Origin: Strigamia acuminata
Lineage: Eukaryota
Length of the DNA: 64,000 bases
Assembly (NCBI GenBank): GCA_949358305.1
Contig: OX442314.1
Coordinates: forward strand, 12,772,001-12,836,000
Direction of reading: 5' to 3'
A model generated the notes under the pieces. That model saw only the letters and a program-made list of their open reading frames with translations, was not told the origin of the DNA and ran no database searches. Made by a program: the position numbers and the translations under genes. How positions within the stretch are numbered: the first letter of the stretch is position 1; the number at the start of each line of letters is the position of its first letter. Of this stretch, positions 60,732 through 64,000 are shown in pieces.

Positions 60732-63700
60732 CTTGTAGCAGAATCAAAAATTTTCGAGTAAAAAATATTACATAACTTTCTTATTCAAAGAAATCAACCT
60801 CATCAAACAGGATACGGCATCTAGGCCTTCGTCATTCAAACATTCATATGGAACAGTTGCGATGATGCAACGAGAAAGAAATAAAACGATCGACTATACA
60901 TAGTAGTGTGATATCGAAAGATCTAAATGGTAATCAGAAAAGCAAACTTATCTGACCTATTTGTATACATCATCTCAAGAAGAAAGTCTAGGTCAAATTT
61001 CTCACCTATCAACACCTGCTGAGACTTTCATTACAAAGTGGCCAAGAAACAAAAATACTCAAAAATTTTAATTGAAACAAAATTTATTGATTTTATTAAA
61101 AAAAAAAATTAATATTCAAATTTCGAATTTTTTATTCCAAGCATCCGCCCATTCAAATTTTCCTGTGCAGCGACCTCGCGGAGAAATCGACTGGCATTAA
61201 GTGGACAAAACTTAAAATTTACAATTCAATGACCCATAATTTACTCATGCAAATCAATTAGTCTTTAATCACAAGTGAAATCCTACTCATTAACTGAGTA
61301 AGACACAAATACACGCAGGAGAATTAAAAATGAAAAAAGATTTTTAAAAAAAAGTATGTCATCATTATCCAAGCTTGTCATCACATTTCTATATAGAGAA
61401 AGCTAGACGAATTTATGCTTCTTATGGTCAATGAATCTATTAAGTAAACTGACCACTCTAGGTTATCAACCCTTTGAATCCACACATCGGTTCCACTCCG
61501 CCTTAGCTTCAAGCATGTCGATCACCTCCCTCACATACATCGAGAAAGTAAACACGCGAATATATAAAATTTAAAATTCAAATTGAGAAAAATTAAATCG
61601 CAAAGCGTCTGACATTTAAAAGAATTTCGGGAATTCCCACTGGGTGGAGTTGTTGACGATCTTTATGCTCATCCGGGATGAATTGCGAGGTGTGAAGAAA
61701 GTTTCGGCCTCTACATGCCTCATATTTTACTTATTAAACTTTACACATTGTACTATAAATGACATCATTTTGTCGTAATAAGTAAAATTATGGTCGGAGA
61801 AACCCAAATCTTGTGCGTTTTTTTAAAAAAAACTAAAGTTGCGGTGTCAGACTACCAATGTAAATGAACCATGTGCTCAAAATTTTTAATATCCAACATA
61901 CCTTAATAAATAATAATAATAATTTTGTAGAAAACCTTCAATAGCATTCTTGCATTCATTAAAGCAGATGCAAATTCCCAATTCTCATTTCACTCCTCGC
62001 AATCTTCAAGGATCTTAATTCATATGGGAGTTAAGTAACTCCCTTTTTTAATTTCAAAATATTAAAAAATGTCCTCTCCTATCAATGTCTACACTTCAAG
62101 GTTAACCAACATAGTCAGTAATAAATCATAAAAACAATCCACCCCTAAAACAAAATTAATTTTATATATATATTAATTATTATAATTTTTATAATTTTTT
62201 TAATTTTTTAATTAAAAAAAAAAAAAAAAATTTTTTCGATACGAAAATTGTAAAAGTATTTATTTTCTAATCCAGCACATTTATCTGGGAACGAAGAGCC
62301 ACAAAAGAGATAAGCAACGGGACAAACTGGGTTCTCGTTGGCCTTCGGGGGAGAATGGTCACGTCACTGGATGGGGGGAAGTAGGCCACGCGGGCCTGCC
62401 AAGCAGAGAGGAGGAGCTGAAGCCACAAAACGAGCTCACTCGTCGACTTGGCGTTCAGTAGCCACGTGGACTCCGTAGCAAAAGTGAAGAAAACTTACCA
62501 TATAAATCGGAGCCATCGTCTAATGACTAAACCCTCAACGTAACAAATTCACACCAGGTAAAACATTTAACTATAGCAACAGGCAGACCTCTCCCTCCCC
62601 CCGCACCCCCCAAAAACCCTAAAAAAAAATCGGAGTCGTGAGGACTTGAATTGATGCTCGAGGGAACGAAAAAACCAATTTTACTCGCCCGCAGGAAATA
62701 GAAGCTCCACCTGGATGCAACTTTCCCTTTCAATTACCCTTGTCATGTATACATAACTGTATAGTGGAGAAGATACCCTCATCGCCAGGAAAAAAAAGAG
62801 CGACCTTTGGTGTGGTTTTGCATATGTATTAGTGTGGAAGTACCTATATAAAGAGTCGACTAACGACAGCTTCAGTATCCCCACGCCGGCCTTCGATGAG
62901 AACGGACAATCGTTACAAGTAAGTTCTCGTTTGTTAAATATTTAATTAATTATTTTCTTGCTTTTTAAACATTAATGGCGAAGTATCGCTTGACCTTGTT
63001 CGACTACACCGGTCTTTAAACACGTCCTGAGACTCCCAATTGCAGTCCTTTCGTTGTTTTTAGACACTAAATGACGTTGGAGCGTCGTAAGACGGTCAAA
63101 ACAAAGATAGTTTATGCCATTTGTGTCATTGCCGAGTCATGGCCAATGGATTTAACTCGTAGAACTTAGTTAGAGGAATATAAATTAATTGACGTCTACA
63201 GTGGCCTCGGATCAGACAAGTCTTGTGTGGGGAAAAGTATTAATCCCACTGGGGTTCCTGGGTGCAATTAAAGCGGATTAGCTTGGAGAATTGAGGTAAT
63301 TGGAGATGAAACGTCAGTCAAATTATGTAAGCTGCAAAGAAATGAGATTCTTCAAGAAATTCACTCCGTTTTTGAAAAATTTGTAATTTAAATTCCAAAT
63401 GAGACTGAAAGGGAATGATGGTCCATTGAGATCAAAGAGGAATAAATGGAAGTTTTCTTTCGCACGGATGAGAAAATGTTATAATTTATTCTTGTCATGA
63501 GGTCCATTTGGGTCAATGCTGATCTTATACTCTGCACCCAAATAACCGTTGCTTTTTCCTTTAAAACAAAATTGTCATCTTTAGTAGATTTTCCTGACCT
63601 TCAACCTTCGAATGCAAACTCGAATTTTTGACGAGTACAGTGTCAATGTCTGACATAATGAACTCTTTGGACGACCTGTTTTCTTGACACCTACGCATAA

Positions 63701-64000
63701 GAATTTGCACAATTGCGCGGCAATGAATACGTGGATCCAAATGAATCGATTTGGAGGCCCTATCGTGTTAGATAGGGCCCGTAGGATTGTTCCGAGTATG
63801 TAATCTCGTAATTGTGTTGTAGGAAAATGTCTTCAGATGTTCACAACAAATTCGGAAATCTCTCCGGAAGGAGGTCATCCCAACTCACATATAGTAAACG
63901 GTTTCCTTTAATTTGTACCTTGACCTATATTGCACAAACCCATGAATGACGTCAAATACTGCCATTTCCGAGCTTATACAAACAATGAATTCATTTTTTG

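Overview
AT-rich eukaryotic (invertebrate animal, arthropod-like) genomic DNA with short 50-65 nt GT-AG introns. It has two compartments. (1) From 1 to ~47.5 kb is a rearranged, transposon-rich accessory cluster. It holds about 12 intronless RNI-like LRR genes and fragments, of which 3 are complete and intact; their N-terminus is an Elongin BC-box plus Cul2-box, so they are candidate CRL2 E3-ligase substrate receptors, and their variation is concentrated on the predicted ligand-binding LRR face. Embedded in the array is a ~19-exon, ~4,300-4,400 aa sacsin-like gene (3 HATPase-like repeats, DnaJ, HEPN) with a MITE inserted in a coding exon. The cluster also carries a young gag-only LTR element with a nested hAT-type MITE, an intact FLYWCH-MULE transposon and several other MITEs. 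(2) From ~47.5 to 64 kb is ordinary sequence: a truncated TRIM9/67-like RING fragment, L2HGDH, eIF4A3, an unrecognised 7-exon tail-anchored gene and ~10 kb of mostly non-coding DNA. The best candidate for an undescribed system is the diversifying BC-box-LRR array co-located with sacsin, a possible ubiquitin-based innate defence locus; this functional reading is inference only. All calls were made by eye, without database searches.
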